A program made the position numbers and the translations under genes. Of a stretch of 64,000 nucleotides of DNA, positions 45,857 through 57,103 are shown in pieces. The notes beneath the pieces were generated by a model. That model saw nothing but the letters and a program-made list of their open reading frames with translations, made no database searches and had not been told where the DNA came from. The first letter of the stretch is position 1. Every line of letters begins with the position of its first letter. Source of the stretch: an uncultured Methanosarcinaceae archaeon (lineage in GTDB: Archaea > Halobacteriota > Methanosarcinia > Methanosarcinales > Methanosarcinaceae); assembly GCA_963733675.1 (NCBI GenBank), contig CAVTET010000003.1, positions 64,001 to 128,000 of the forward strand, given 5' to 3'.

Positions 45857-46099
45857 TTAAAAGTTATCTCGAACTATTTTTTTTGCAGTATTAATCTTAA
45901 AGACAGAGTAGAGAGTGCAGTGTCTCATGATCGAACTGAAGAGCCCTGTAAAAGCTATCAGTGTAACAAACCATCTCCAGGTAGATGTTTTCACAAAACC
46001 TGTTGCCAGAGCAATTATTGCGAGCACTCCAAACATAGCCCGAAACAGGAGATCAAAGCCACCTACATTTTCTTCCTGAAACAATTTTTTGAAATCCAT
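45857..46099 (-). CDS. DUF2892/YgaP-like small membrane protein
   Basis: NVGGFDLLFR, two TM helices, HCTLYSVFKINT. Confidence 0.85.
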   Translation of the reverse strand: MDFKKLFQEENVGGFDLLFRAMFGVLAIIALATGFVKTSTWRWFVTLIAFTGLFSSIMRHCTLYSVFKINTAKKIVRDNF

Positions 46100-46371
46100 T
46101 GGAAAACCCCCTTATAAACCCTCTAGTTATACTTCTAAATCTCTATATATATGTTATTTTGTTGTGATTACGTTTGTATTCTGCTTGCATTAAGCTTGCC
46201 AAAAAAGCCCCACACATAAACGATTTAAAATTTCCAGAGATATATTATCTAACACTATCGTTGAAATCTATGGTTAATCAGATATTCTATTTGAATTATT
46301 ATTCTATACAATAGTCAATAAATTTATTTGATAAAGTAATCTAAACAAGTATGAAATCGGAGGGCTAAATC

Positions 46372-46578
46372 ATAACTCAAGAAACAATAAAAGTTGAAGG
46401 CATGACATGCAGACACTGTGAGATGAGGGTTAAAAAAGCAATTGAAGTCATCGAAGGTGTACGGAAAGTGGAGGTAAATCTTCAGAATAAGCATGTAGTT
46501 GTTGAATACGACGAAAGGAGGGCAAACCTCGAAAAAATCAAGGCTGCAGTTAAGGAAGCCGGGTATGAGCCCGTGTAA
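46372..46578 (+). CDS. copZ: copper chaperone (HMA domain) with ATA at the expected start
   Basis: Not in ORF track; (ATA)TQETIKVEGMTCRHC...AVKEAGYEPV*; GGAGG at 46359. Confidence 0.85.
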   Translation: MTQETIKVEGMTCRHCEMRVKKAIEVIEGVRKVEVNLQNKHVVVEYDERRANLEKIKAAVKEAGYEPV

Positions 46579-46964
46579 TGATGAGGATTTCGCACATCAG
46601 TTTCAAAGGATTATATACCAAAAGGTACAGATTTTTATTACAATGGGTGAAGCACCTGTTTGAAAAAAACAGCTGATTCGGTGGGTGTGAACCAATAGAG
46701 ATACGACATTCATAGTAGATGACATGGCCTACATGTACTATAAAGGACAGGCTACAAAGTTCGTTAAAACTATCAAAAGGGAGTGGACAGAGTAACTGAA
46801 TATTTCTGATAGGACAAGAAATGTATTCTATGAAAACCATATAACTGATGCGCATGTCATACGGATAGCCCTGCTTATAAAAGAGGTTACAAAATCATAA
46901 CGAAGCCGTTAAAGGCTTTATAAGCTCCGGAAAGATTTGGAAAAAATATGGGTGATATATTCCG

Positions 46965-49838
46965 ATGGAAGTAAATATAGGAGTCTACGGCATGACCTGT
47001 AGTCACTGCCAGAAAAGAGTAGAGGATGCTGTATCTTTGCTTGAAGGAGTGGGGGCAGTGAGGGTAAATCTGGAATCTGAACGTGCTACTGTTAGTTTTA
47101 ACCCTCAAAAAATTAGTATGGATGATATAAAAGAGGCCATCCGAAAGGCTGGTTACTCAACAGAGGTTGAAGAAGGAACCAAAAAGGCACAGGCAAATAT
47201 TGAAGCAAGAACCTTGACTGCTGCAGGTGTAACAGGCACAGCCTCCGAAACTGTTGATATAGCTTTAGAAGAACTGAAAGGAAAGTTTCAAGCCTGCCCC
47301 CTAGCAACACAAGAATGCAGGCTTGCAGAAAAGGAAAAACTCAGCACCTCAAGCCAAAAAACGGACAAAAAAGAAATTACCCTTGGAGTTTCAGGCATGA
47401 CATGCTCGGCCTGTGCCCTGAATATCGAGAAGGTGTTGAAGAAAAGGGAGGGAGTGGACTCAGTAGCTGTCAATCTGGAATTAGGACTGGCAAAAGTCAG
47501 TTTTGATCCCTCCCTTATCGCTCCCAAGAGAATTAAGGAAACTATCGAATCCATCGGGTATAAGGTAGAGACGGACAGAGTAACTCTCGACCTTCAGGGT
47601 ATGACTTGTGCATCCTGTGCTGCAAACATTGAGAAGGTTCTTAATAAAACAGAAGGCATCATTTCAGCTTCAGTAAATTTCCCACTTGAAAAGGCAGTTG
47701 TAGAATTCGATTTGGCCCGAATTTCTGTCAAGGAGATAATTGCTGCAGTTCAGGGAATTGGATATGGGGCAGCGGTCAGGACTGAAACAGTAGAGTATGA
47801 AGATAGAGAGCAAATGTCACAGGATTCTGAAATCCGAAGGCAGAGAAATAACCTGATCATAGCCCTTGTGCTGGGAATTCCAATTGGCATTGGAAACATG
47901 AGCATGATGTTTTCCTCCCTATCTTTTGTGCCTGGCTTCCTTTCCAACCATATCGTCCTTTTTATACTGTCTACTATTGTCCTTCTTTTCCCTGGAAGGC
48001 AGTTTTTTGTCGGGACTTTCAAGGGCTTCAAATATGGCGTGACTGACATGAACCTGCTGATTGCTGCAGGAACCGGGTCAGCTTACCTTATCAGTGTGGC
48101 TGCAACTTTCCTCGATCTGGGCCCCGGGTATAATAGTCTATACTATGATACTGTAGCTTTTCTAATCATTTTTATTATCTTCGGAAGATACCTCGAAGCA
48201 AAAACAAGAGGCAAGACGTCTGAAGCTATTCGGAAACTTATGGGACTCAGACCAAAGACTTCCAGGATTCTCGTTAATGGCGTGGAAAAAGAAGTCCCTG
48301 TTGAAGAGGTGGTAGTAAGCGACATTGTTATTGTCAGGCCCGGAGAAAAGATCCCGGTTGATGGGATTGTGGCAGAAGGAAGTTCTTCAGTAGACGAATC
48401 CATGCTCACAGGAGAAAGTATCCCAGTGGAGAAAAATCCGGGAGATGTGGTTATCGGTGCTACACTAAACAAGACAGGATCTTTCAGGTTCAGTGCAACA
48501 AAGGTTGGAGTTGACACTGCTCTTGCCCAGATAATCAAGCTTGTGGAAACTGCTCAGACAACCAAAGCCCCCATCCAGAGAGTTGCAGACGTTTTTGCGG
48601 GCAATTTCATAGTAAGTGTGCATATTATTGCCCTTCTGGCTTTTTTCTTCTGGTTTTTCATAGGATACTGGCTCTACGGGGTAGGGGTATCGGCATCTTT
48701 TGGAGGAATTAGCCCATTTCTCTTTTCCCTGCTAATCTCCATTACAGTTCTTGTAATCTCCTGTCCATGTGCCGTTGGGCTTGCAACCCCTGCAGCCATA
48801 ATGGTCGGCACCGGCAAAGGCGCAGAGAATGGAATCCTTATAAAAGGCGGTGAAGCACTTGAAAGAGCGCATAAGCTTGACACTATCGTTTTTGACAAAA
48901 CCGGAACCCTTACTGAAGGCATTCCACGCCTTACAGATGTGTTTACAGCTCTGGGCCATGAGGAAAAAGAAGTCCTTTTTATTGCAGCTACAGCTGAAAG
49001 AGGGTCGGAACATCCGTTAGGGGAAGCTATCGTAAAAGAAGCTGAGGAAAGAGGAATTAGGCTTGGAAAGGTAGAAAAGTTCCGTTCCATCCCAGGTAAA
49101 GGAATCGAAGCCTATTTTGGAGAAAACAGAATCTTGCTCGGTACTCGTAAACTTATGGAAGAAAATGGGATCTCATTCAATGAATTTGAAGCTAAAATGC
49201 GGAGTTTCGAAGAAAACGGAAAAACCGCAGTGTTTGTGGCTTCCGAAAAAGAAATTATAGGCCTTGTTGCAGTTGCTGACACTCTAAAGGAAAACTCTAA
49301 AGAGACAGTTGAAACCCTGAAAAAGATGGGGATCGAGGTAATTATGATAACCGGTGATAATGCAGTAACAGCCGGTGCTATTGCAGCAGAGGTGGGGATT
49401 CTCAGATCGCTTGCCGAGGTGCTGCCCGAGGATAAAGCAAACGAAATAAAGAAGCTTCAGAATGAGGGAAAACTTGTAGGAATGGTAGGTGACGGTATTA
49501 ATGACGCTCCTGCCCTGGTTCAATCTGATGTGGGAATTGCTATGGGGGCGGGCACAGATGTTGCAATGGAATCCGCAAAAATCGTTCTCATAAGGAATGA
49601 TCCGAGGGACGTGGTTGCAGCCCTTAAATTGAGCCGGCTTACCATAAACAAGATCAGGCAGAATTTACTCTGGGCTTTTGGATACAATACGATAGGCATC
49701 CCTATTGCAGCAGGAATTCTGTATCCCTTTTTTCACAGGATTCTGATCACACCTGAACTTGCTGCCGCTTTCATGGCACTTAGTTCAGTTTCGGTAACGA
49801 CCAATTCCTTGCTAATGAAACGAAGCAGAATTAAATAA
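46965..49838 (+). CDS. copA: Cu(I)-translocating P1B-type ATPase with three HMA domains
   Basis: Three GMTCxxC motifs, [28 protein letters not shown] and MALSS. Confidence 0.97.
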   Translation: MEVNIGVYGMTCSHCQKRVEDAVSLLEGVGAVRVNLESERATVSFNPQKISMDDIKEAIRKAGYSTEVEEGTKKAQANIEARTLTAAGVTGTASETVDIALEELKGKFQACPLATQECRLAEKEKLSTSSQKTDKKEITLGVSGMTCSACALNIEKVLKKREGVDSVAVNLELGLAKVSFDPSLIAPKRIKETIESIGYKVETDRVTLDLQGMTCASCAANIEKVLNKTEGIISASVNFPLEKAVVEFDLARISVKEIIAAVQGIGYGAAVRTETVEYEDREQMSQDSEIRRQRNNLIIALVLGIPIGIGNMSMMFSSLSFVPGFLSNHIVLFILSTIVLLFPGRQFFVGTFKGFKYGVTDMNLLIAAGTGSAYLISVAATFLDLGPGYNSLYYDTVAFLIIFIIFGRYLEAKTRGKTSEAIRKLMGLRPKTSRILVNGVEKEVPVEEVVVSDIVIVRPGEKIPVDGIVAEGSSSVDESMLTGESIPVEKNPGDVVIGATLNKTGSFRFSATKVGVDTALAQIIKLVETAQTTKAPIQRVADVFAGNFIVSVHIIALLAFFFWFFIGYWLYGVGVSASFGGISPFLFSLLISITVLVISCPCAVGLATPAAIMVGTGKGAENGILIKGGEALERAHKLDTIVFDKTGTLTEGIPRLTDVFTALGHEEKEVLFIAATAERGSEHPLGEAIVKEAEERGIRLGKVEKFRSIPGKGIEAYFGENRILLGTRKLMEENGISFNEFEAKMRSFEENGKTAVFVASEKEIIGLVAVADTLKENSKETVETLKKMGIEVIMITGDNAVTAGAIAAEVGILRSLAEVLPEDKANEIKKLQNEGKLVGMVGDGINDAPALVQSDVGIAMGAGTDVAMESAKIVLIRNDPRDVVAALKLSRLTINKIRQNLLWAFGYNTIGIPIAAGILYPFFHRILITPELAAAFMALSSVSVTTNSLLMKRSRIK

Positions 49839-50026
49839 ATTATGAAAATAATTTTAAAGTTGATTCATCTAAAGCGTGTTTGGAATATATTTGAAGGAAG
49901 AATGGAAAATAAGTATGAAGATAATTGCTGACAAAATTTCTCTATGTATAAAGTCTATTTCCCTGAGAAGATGTTTAAAATGACGTTTGGAGAATTTTGA
50001 AATCCCAGAGATCGAAGGTGAGCTCT

Positions 50027-50275
50027 ATGGTAAAATCTAGATACGAGGGTAATAGGCCTAGATCAGTGCTTTTAGCAAGCATTGTCACGTCAATAGTGCT
50101 TGTAATTTTCTTTCTTTTCGGGGCTATTTCAACCAATGTGATCAGAGGAGGAGTGGCTTATACTCAAGTAGATATAGTTGCAGGCTCAATTTTTGTTTTG
50201 GCAATTACAATGATAATTTCACTATCTCTCTGGCCTAAAGTTATAGATTGGCTTGAAATACATAAGAGAAATTAA
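50027..50275 (+). CDS. small two-TM membrane protein
   Basis: AGGTGA RBS before ATG 50027; two hydrophobic helices. Confidence 0.6.
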   Translation: MVKSRYEGNRPRSVLLASIVTSIVLVIFFLFGAISTNVIRGGVAYTQVDIVAGSIFVLAITMIISLSLWPKVIDWLEIHKRN

Positions 50276-50656
50276 AAGTTTTCAAATTGATTTATTTATT
50301 CGGGGTCTGTATAGTCTTAGGGATATTAGAGTTTTTTTATCCTGCTTAGAACCTCTATAGCTGCTGATTTCCATAGAGTTGATTAAAGATCTCTCAAAAT
50401 AGGAGATATTGAAACCCTGAGGTTTATGGACTTCGGATGAATGATACGGGAAGGAGACAGCCACAAAGATAGAAATATCAAGAAAATAGTTCTGGGGTGA
50501 TCTGAAAGCCACCAGAATTGAAGTATCTATCTCTATCACAGGGAAAGCAATAAAAATACAGGGTTGCAACTATATCAAGTCTTAAAGTGCTGACATTAAT
50601 GAAAATGCTTTGCGTTAACGATGATACATAACGGGAAAAACGGAAATTTTAAAAAG

Positions 50657-51508
50657 GTGATTAAAATAACAGATCAAGTTCAACCACTGGAAAGCTTATC
50701 TAAAAAGCCCCAAGAACCTAAAATAATAGTTAACCTCAGGCGCATCAAGCGTAAGATAATGATAATGAGCGGTAAAGGGGGAGTAGGGAAAAGCACAATA
50801 GCCGCAAATTTAGCTATTGGACTGACTATGCGTGGATATAAAGTGGGACTTCTAGATTGTGATATCCACGGCCCGACTATTCCCACAATTTTTGGTTTAG
50901 AATCTGAGAGACTAGCTGTTAACGAAGAAGGCATACTGCCAATCCAGGTCCTTCCCAATCTTTCGGTGATGTCTGTCGGTTTTCTGCTTGAAAATAAAGA
51001 TTCACCTATCATCTGGAGGGGACCTGCAAAAATGGGGATTATCCAACAGTTCCTGGAAGATGTTCTCTGGGGAGAACTTGACTTTCTGATTATAGATCTG
51101 CCTCCAGGCACAGGAGATGAACCCCTTAGCGTAGCTCAGCTGATTCCCAATTGTGACGGTTCAATACTTGTTACAACTCCTCAGGATGTAGCTCTCATCA
51201 GCGTCCGCAAATCAATTAGATTTTCTGAGAAACTCAAGGTGCCTATTATAGGGCTTGTCGACAACATGCATGGTCTGATCTGCCCTCACTGTGTCAAATC
51301 AATAGAAGTTTTCGGAACTGGTGGTGTCGAAAAAACCTCAACAGATTTCAACATTCCTATTCTAGCAAGGCTTCCGATAGAACCAAAAGTCGCAGAAATG
51401 GAAGATAAGGGCACAATTCTCCAGGAACTACTTGAACACAACACGGAGTGGCAGAAGAACTTTGAGTATGTTGTGAATGCGGTAGAAAAAACCTTAGAAG
51501 AAAAATAA
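50657..51508 (+). CDS. mrp: Mrp/NBP35 (ApbC) Fe-S cluster carrier ATPase
   Basis: SGKGGVGKST, DCDIHGP, IWRGP, DLPPGTGD, TTPQ and CPHC; start uncertain (GTG 50657 or ATA 50666). Confidence 0.92.
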   Translation: MIKITDQVQPLESLSKKPQEPKIIVNLRRIKRKIMIMSGKGGVGKSTIAANLAIGLTMRGYKVGLLDCDIHGPTIPTIFGLESERLAVNEEGILPIQVLPNLSVMSVGFLLENKDSPIIWRGPAKMGIIQQFLEDVLWGELDFLIIDLPPGTGDEPLSVAQLIPNCDGSILVTTPQDVALISVRKSIRFSEKLKVPIIGLVDNMHGLICPHCVKSIEVFGTGGVEKTSTDFNIPILARLPIEPKVAEMEDKGTILQELLEHNTEWQKNFEYVVNAVEKTLEEK

Positions 51509-51847
51509 GCGAAATAAAAGTTGAAGGATTTAACATAATTTTTTCATTCTGGCAAATTTGCTATCTTTCTGACTTCCCATCGGTTCCAGTGCAGGGAGAT
51601 AGCAGGTGTATTAAAAACACCGGCCATTCACACCGTTTTCTTATTGTGTATTCTTTGCTTGAAGATATACATTTAAGTTAAAATTTGATATTTTGTTCTA
51701 GCTGCACCGAAATTCAAAACAAAAATGATTGGAGACAGCATTAAAGAGGAGTTTTGGAAATAACATTAACCAAATAATATAGGACCACCATAATTTTAGT
51801 GCAAAAACATATCAAGAGTAAAAGCGAATTTTTTATTTAATGTCTAT

Positions 51848-52510
51848 TCATTTCAAATCTAGGCATAAACCAACTTTGATTTCAATGAATTCCGAAGGAA
51901 ATCTCTCTTTTAGTTTTTCTTTGTGAGCAGTACAGTGCCCTACAGCTATGATTTCCAGCCCTGAACGTCTCTCAAACTCTCTACTATCGTGAAACCCTCC
52001 AAAAATTCCCAGAATATTCCAGTAAACTAGAGCATTATCAATGATTATGGCAAGGCCCAGATGAACGTAGCCTGTAAGCACATAACATCCATTTCCAGTA
52101 TCCAGAATCAGGGCCTATTCTTTGATATTATCTCCAATTTCCCTTTTACTCCTAACACCCTTAGAGATTTCAACAGATTCTTTTACTTCAATAAAAGTAG
52201 CTCTGTTTTCAATTTATGTTTTCAGGTTCTTAGAAAATATGCAGGCACATAGACCTTAAGTTCGGAATTTGCCTGAAGAATCTCAAGAAGGCCGGCTATA
52301 TGATCACAATGCTGGTGAGAAAAAACAAGTTTATTTATGAATTTGGGATCAAAATTAAATCTCTTCATATGTTTGAGATGAAGAGGTACATCCTATACAG
52401 TGTCGAAAGGAAGAGATTCACGGTCAGTTTCAACAGGGACTACAAATCCCAGCTACCTGCAAGATCCTAATTCACGATTTTGTCGTAGATTACAGTAAGT
52501 CCGAACACCT
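51848..52510 (-). pseudogene. MBL-fold metallo-hydrolase pseudogene
   Basis: Fragments LTVIYD, SHQHCDHIAGL, TGYVHLGL, GGFH and GHCT; several frameshifts. Confidence 0.8.
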
Positions 52511-53411
52511 GCTGCCTCAAATTTCTGATACCGTTTTATACTCTATTATACTCTATAAATGTATACACAAATTTAGTTTCAGTTTTAATTTCGTCCTCTT
52601 CAAGAACACATCTTCCGCTAATTCCTTCTAAAATCGTAATTCAGAAATTTCCTATCTAAATAGATGCCTAGAGTAAAGAATCATTAATTTCACAGGAGGG
52701 GAAACAGCCTCCGAAATCTGCCTTTTCGGCCTGCTAAATAATTTCCATTACACTGTCGTAAGCTAAGGAGTTGATCTAATCCGCATTGGACAGGATTTTA
52801 CATTCTCCTTTCTAAATTAAATGCCCTTTAAACCTAGATTATTCTGATTTGCTCGCTCAAAAGAGACTTACAAACTTAACATAGAAATCAAGCATAATGA
52901 ACATTTTAATTTCAACTTGAATTTTAGACAGTGTGAGGTTCAATGCTATTTATTATGCATTCAACTACATACTACATAAGTCATAATTAATACAAAATGA
53001 ACAAGGTAAAGGATTGTTTTTTAACACCCTGATATTTAGAATAATAAGCAAACTAAATAAAGAAATAATCAAATAACTCTAAATATAATCATGTATAATT
53101 ACCACAGTATTGAGCTTGTATAGATATATACTTTAGATATAGTATATTCACTTAAATATGAGCAATATTGAGGAAGTTAGTTTCCTAAACGAAAATGTCT
53201 AACAGTTGTAATAGGTTGATATCACTTTTTGCAAAACATGAAAATTAGGGAGTAAATAAAGTTAGAGGGAGGTTATAGATAATGATTAATTTATAAAAAA
53301 AATGAATGAAAACGTTTTATTAAATTTTTTTCCACATAACATTTATGTTCTTTTTTAAATTCGATCCATAACTCACAGAAAGAAGAGGCTATAAAAGAAG
53401 AGGAAATAAAA

Positions 53412-55280
53412 ATGGGAAAACATTTTGACATAAAAAAGCTTGTAAATATGAAAACAAGAACGCTAAAAATTAGTGGAATATTTATTTTATTTTTAGTTAT
53501 AGGCTCATCGATAGCAATGGCATATACAGGATTCTTAGATGATAACAAATCATTTGATATTAAAAAAAATATCGTAAATCATACTGAGTTTTCTCCAAAG
53601 CTTGAATTTGCACCAGAAAATCCTGAGTTTGTCAAATATCAGAGAAACATAGTTTCTAATCCAATGAATTTTTATTCCCTGGATGAATATAGAACAGGCT
53701 TTATACCGGCACCTGTGGACCTTCGTCATCTAAGCACTCATCGCCAACTCCTGCTTAGTAGTAGTATTTCTGGAGCAAATACATCTACTCCGACTCACTA
53801 TGACCTGAGGGAACTAAACAGAATTACACATGTGAAAGATCAGGGTAATGCAGGAAATTGCTGGGCATTTGCAACCTATGCATCTCTTGAATCATACTTA
53901 ATGCCGAGAGAAAACTGGGACTTCTCGGAAAATAATTTAAAAAACTTGCTTTCTCCTGCTTATCTGGAAGGATTTGATTTAAACGAAGGTGGGAACATGT
54001 TTATGTCAACTGCTTACCTGACTCGCTGGAACGGTCCTATCGCTGGAAATAGTGATCCTTATAATGATTCATCAACCTATTCACCCAGAGAGCTTGGCCT
54101 TCCTTTACAGAAACATGTGCAAAATGTACTTTTCCTCCCAGATAGGCACGGTTCTCTGGACAATGAGGAAATAAAATTGGCAGTTCAAAACTATGGAGCT
54201 GTATGGACCACATTGTACTATAACCCAACTTCTTATTCCTCAACCACGCACAATTATTACTATAGAGGGACCTCAAGCCCTAATCACGCAGTGGCTATTG
54301 TAGGCTGGGATGACTCTTTTGATAAGAATAATTTCTCCCAGGTTCCGCCAGGAAATGGAGCATTTATCGTGAAAAATAGCTGGGGTCCACATTGGGGTGA
54401 TAACGGATATTTCCATGTTTCCTATTATGATTCGTCTATAGGAAGCTCTAATAATGGGATTTTCACGGCTGAAAATACTAGTAATTATAAACACATCTAT
54501 CAGTACGATCCGCTCGGATGGACGGGTAACTTTGGATATGGCAGCAAAACTGGTTGGTGTGCAAATATCTTTACTGCAAAATCTGACGAAGTCCTCGAAG
54601 CAGTAAGTTTCTATACAACAGACTTAAACTGCAACTACAAAATATACATTTACACTAATCCAAGTTCCACACCCATTAGTCAAGATGATCCGGTTCTTAC
54701 CCAGAGTGGGGTAATCTCCATGTCGGGCTACCACACAGTTAATCTAAGTTCTGGAGTTCAACTAAAAGCTGATCAAAAATTTTCCGTAATATTGAAGCTC
54801 ACAAACTCTAAATATAATTACCCGATTGCTGTAGAATCACCAATCTCGGGATATAGTAGTAAAGCAAAAGCAAATGCTGGGGAGAGTTATGTCAGTTCGA
54901 ATGGAAATTCTTGGAAAGATATAACAACAGATTCAAGTTACTCAAATACTAATGTGTGTATAAAGGCTTTCACAGACACTGGGAATATATCGAATGTTGC
55001 TGATTTTTTTGCAACCCCCACCTCCGGAAATATATCATTTGATGTTGTTTTCACTGACAAAAGTACAGGATTACCAATTTCATGGTATTGGGATTTTGGA
55101 GACAGAACATACTCAACAATCCAAAATCCAAAACACCATTATTTACGAATAGGTAATTACACAGTGTCGCTTACAGTAACAAATGCCGTAAGTAATAATA
55201 CGATCACAAAACCCCATAATATAACAGTGACGGCAGTTACGCAAAAACCTGTCGCACGTAGTGTACCAAAAGTTCTTTGA
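53412..55280 (+). CDS. secreted C1A (papain-family) cysteine protease with lectin-like and PKD domains, C-terminally truncated
   Basis: Signal peptide, KDQGNAGNCWAF, NHAVAIVGWDD, KNSWG, YQYDPLGW and WYWDFGD PKD; frame runs into an IS-like end. Confidence 0.9.
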   Translation: MGKHFDIKKLVNMKTRTLKISGIFILFLVIGSSIAMAYTGFLDDNKSFDIKKNIVNHTEFSPKLEFAPENPEFVKYQRNIVSNPMNFYSLDEYRTGFIPAPVDLRHLSTHRQLLLSSSISGANTSTPTHYDLRELNRITHVKDQGNAGNCWAFATYASLESYLMPRENWDFSENNLKNLLSPAYLEGFDLNEGGNMFMSTAYLTRWNGPIAGNSDPYNDSSTYSPRELGLPLQKHVQNVLFLPDRHGSLDNEEIKLAVQNYGAVWTTLYYNPTSYSSTTHNYYYRGTSSPNHAVAIVGWDDSFDKNNFSQVPPGNGAFIVKNSWGPHWGDNGYFHVSYYDSSIGSSNNGIFTAENTSNYKHIYQYDPLGWTGNFGYGSKTGWCANIFTAKSDEVLEAVSFYTTDLNCNYKIYIYTNPSSTPISQDDPVLTQSGVISMSGYHTVNLSSGVQLKADQKFSVILKLTNSKYNYPIAVESPISGYSSKAKANAGESYVSSNGNSWKDITTDSSYSNTNVCIKAFTDTGNISNVADFFATPTSGNISFDVVFTDKSTGLPISWYWDFGDRTYSTIQNPKHHYLRIGNYTVSLTVTNAVSNNTITKPHNITVTAVTQKPVARSVPKVL

Positions 55281-55385
55281 AATAGGATCGACTCTGTATC
55301 CGTATTATATCAACACAAAAAAGATACAGAGTCAAATGTCAACATTGTATAATTTGTAAAAGATGATCTTGCCTATTAGAAAGGT
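55258..55385 (+). mobile_element. possible IS1-family left-end remnant
   Basis: GTAGTGTACCAAAAG end-like sequence, GACTCTGTATC..GATACAGAGTC hairpin, KCQHC..FVKD zinc-ribbon fragment. Confidence 0.4.
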
Positions 55386-55389
55386 TGAA

Positions 55390-55640
55390 TAAGTCATCTA
55401 ATTACCTGGTTTTTAAACCTTGTAATGGAAGAAGAAGCTCTAATCCAATCGAGTGCAAAATATAGTGAAGAAGCTGATTTTCTTAAAGACCGTAGAAACA
55501 GCTGCAAACCTAGGACTCTCTGAACTAAATGTGAAAAACTCGAATTGTTAAAGCTTTAATTCCATGAGTTTCTCTTTGAAGATTAAGTATTTTAAAAAGT
55601 GTTATGGAGTTGAAAATCTTCAATAATAGTGATGGATTAC
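55390..55640 (+). pseudogene. IS256-family transposase N-terminal remnant
   Basis: HLITWFLNLVMEEEALIQS..RNSCKPRTL..ELLK..EF.FE fragments. Confidence 0.7.
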
Positions 55641-56279
55641 CTGAAAAAGAAAATAGGATAACTGGATTTTATGGTTACTAGGAGGTCTAAAATTGGTATC
55701 AATATATAAATAAAAGTGCATTATTATAAATATTAACAAAGTTAGCTGTCTTTAAAGTATTGTTATTTGTTTAACTTATGCTATACTTATGAAAACTATT
55801 GATGTTTTGAATATAACTTCGGGTTTGAGAAGTAAACTTTGGGTTTTAAAATAAACTCAACTATAAAAAAATGGAGGCAAGAGAAATGGATCTGAGGACA
55901 TATTCTCAAAAAATTTGAAAATAATGAATATATAAAAAAATTACATGTCGAAATATCTGACCATCTCTATTTTGAATTAGAACCTAAACTAAAATCAATC
56001 TTTATCATCTTTGGTCGCTTATCACTCCGTCAATTTACCAATCGAAAATCTAGTCACTCATAATCTTTTAGGTTGTCTGCCAATTGAAAATTTGGCTTCC
56101 TATCATCGATCCAAACGAAAATAGCATCCCAGTTTAAGGGTAGTAACCATGAAAATTTGTAATTCGGATCTTCTTAAGCAGACACTCCGGATAAAAATAT
56201 TGCTCCCAATTGAAAAATGAAACAACCAAAGTAATCTCATCCAAAATCTCAGAACATTTCTAGGATTTATCAAAATGAA

Positions 56280-56815
56280 GGCAGGAAGCCCAGGGCTTTA
56301 GTAGTAGGAGAAATGCAGTCAACTTTTTTAACCAGTATTTTTGATATAATTATTTTTCAGTAATTATTTGCATTAATTGGCATATAAGTTAAATGAGTGT
56401 AATGATGATATTGAAGTTAAAAATTAAACAAGAAATAAAAAAGTAATAAACATTTAGTGTATAGTTGTTAGTACCATGTAATCTTTTGTCCAAAATACAT
56501 AAAAACATTATTTACAGGCAAGAGAGCTATAAGATTCAAAAAACTTATCTTAGAAAAAAAGAAGAATTTTATTATTAAGTTCTTACATGGAGACAATCCT
56601 TATTCATATGCATTTGCTATTAATATAGATCCAAAAATAGTAGTTATTCAGTGGTATCAAAAATAAAAGGGTATAAATCGAAGCAATTAAGATCAGAATT
56701 TCCCGAACTGAAAAAGAGGCTACCTATACTATTGACTTTATCTAAGTTCGTATCTACAATTATTCTGTAACTCTTGATGTTGTAAAAAGGATATTTAGGG
56801 TCAGGAAAGCAAAGA
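56280..56815 (+). mobile_element. tnpA: IS605-group remnant: end hairpin plus tnpA pseudogene
   Basis: GAAGCCCAGGGCTTTAG..GTCAAC, then LVYSC*YHVIFCPKY, HMHLL and KIKGY..LRSEFPELKKRLP..SKFVST. Confidence 0.75.
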
Positions 56816-57103
56816 GTATCACATCGAAAATAAAACATAATAGAGGTTTTTGATTCCTTAGTCTCAAAATTTTGACATTTCTGCATCTCTTTTTGATGAA
56901 TTTAAGACAAAAATTGAAAAAAGCCTGTTTTTTCCAGAACCCACAGAAGAAAGTGTGCGAGAATTTGAAAATTTGAAAGCCGTGAGAAAAATCAAAATTT
57001 CTTCAATGGATGTCAAAAAAGCAAATGTATATAAATTCAATCCAATATTATCGAAGTCAGTGATAAAAAGCTGAGGAAAAGGATTTAAAGGAGACCATAA
57101 GCC

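Noticed and set aside
51848-52510. Amber readthrough rescuing the MBL hydrolase
   Set aside because: Multiple frameshifts in addition to stops; an ordinary pseudogene
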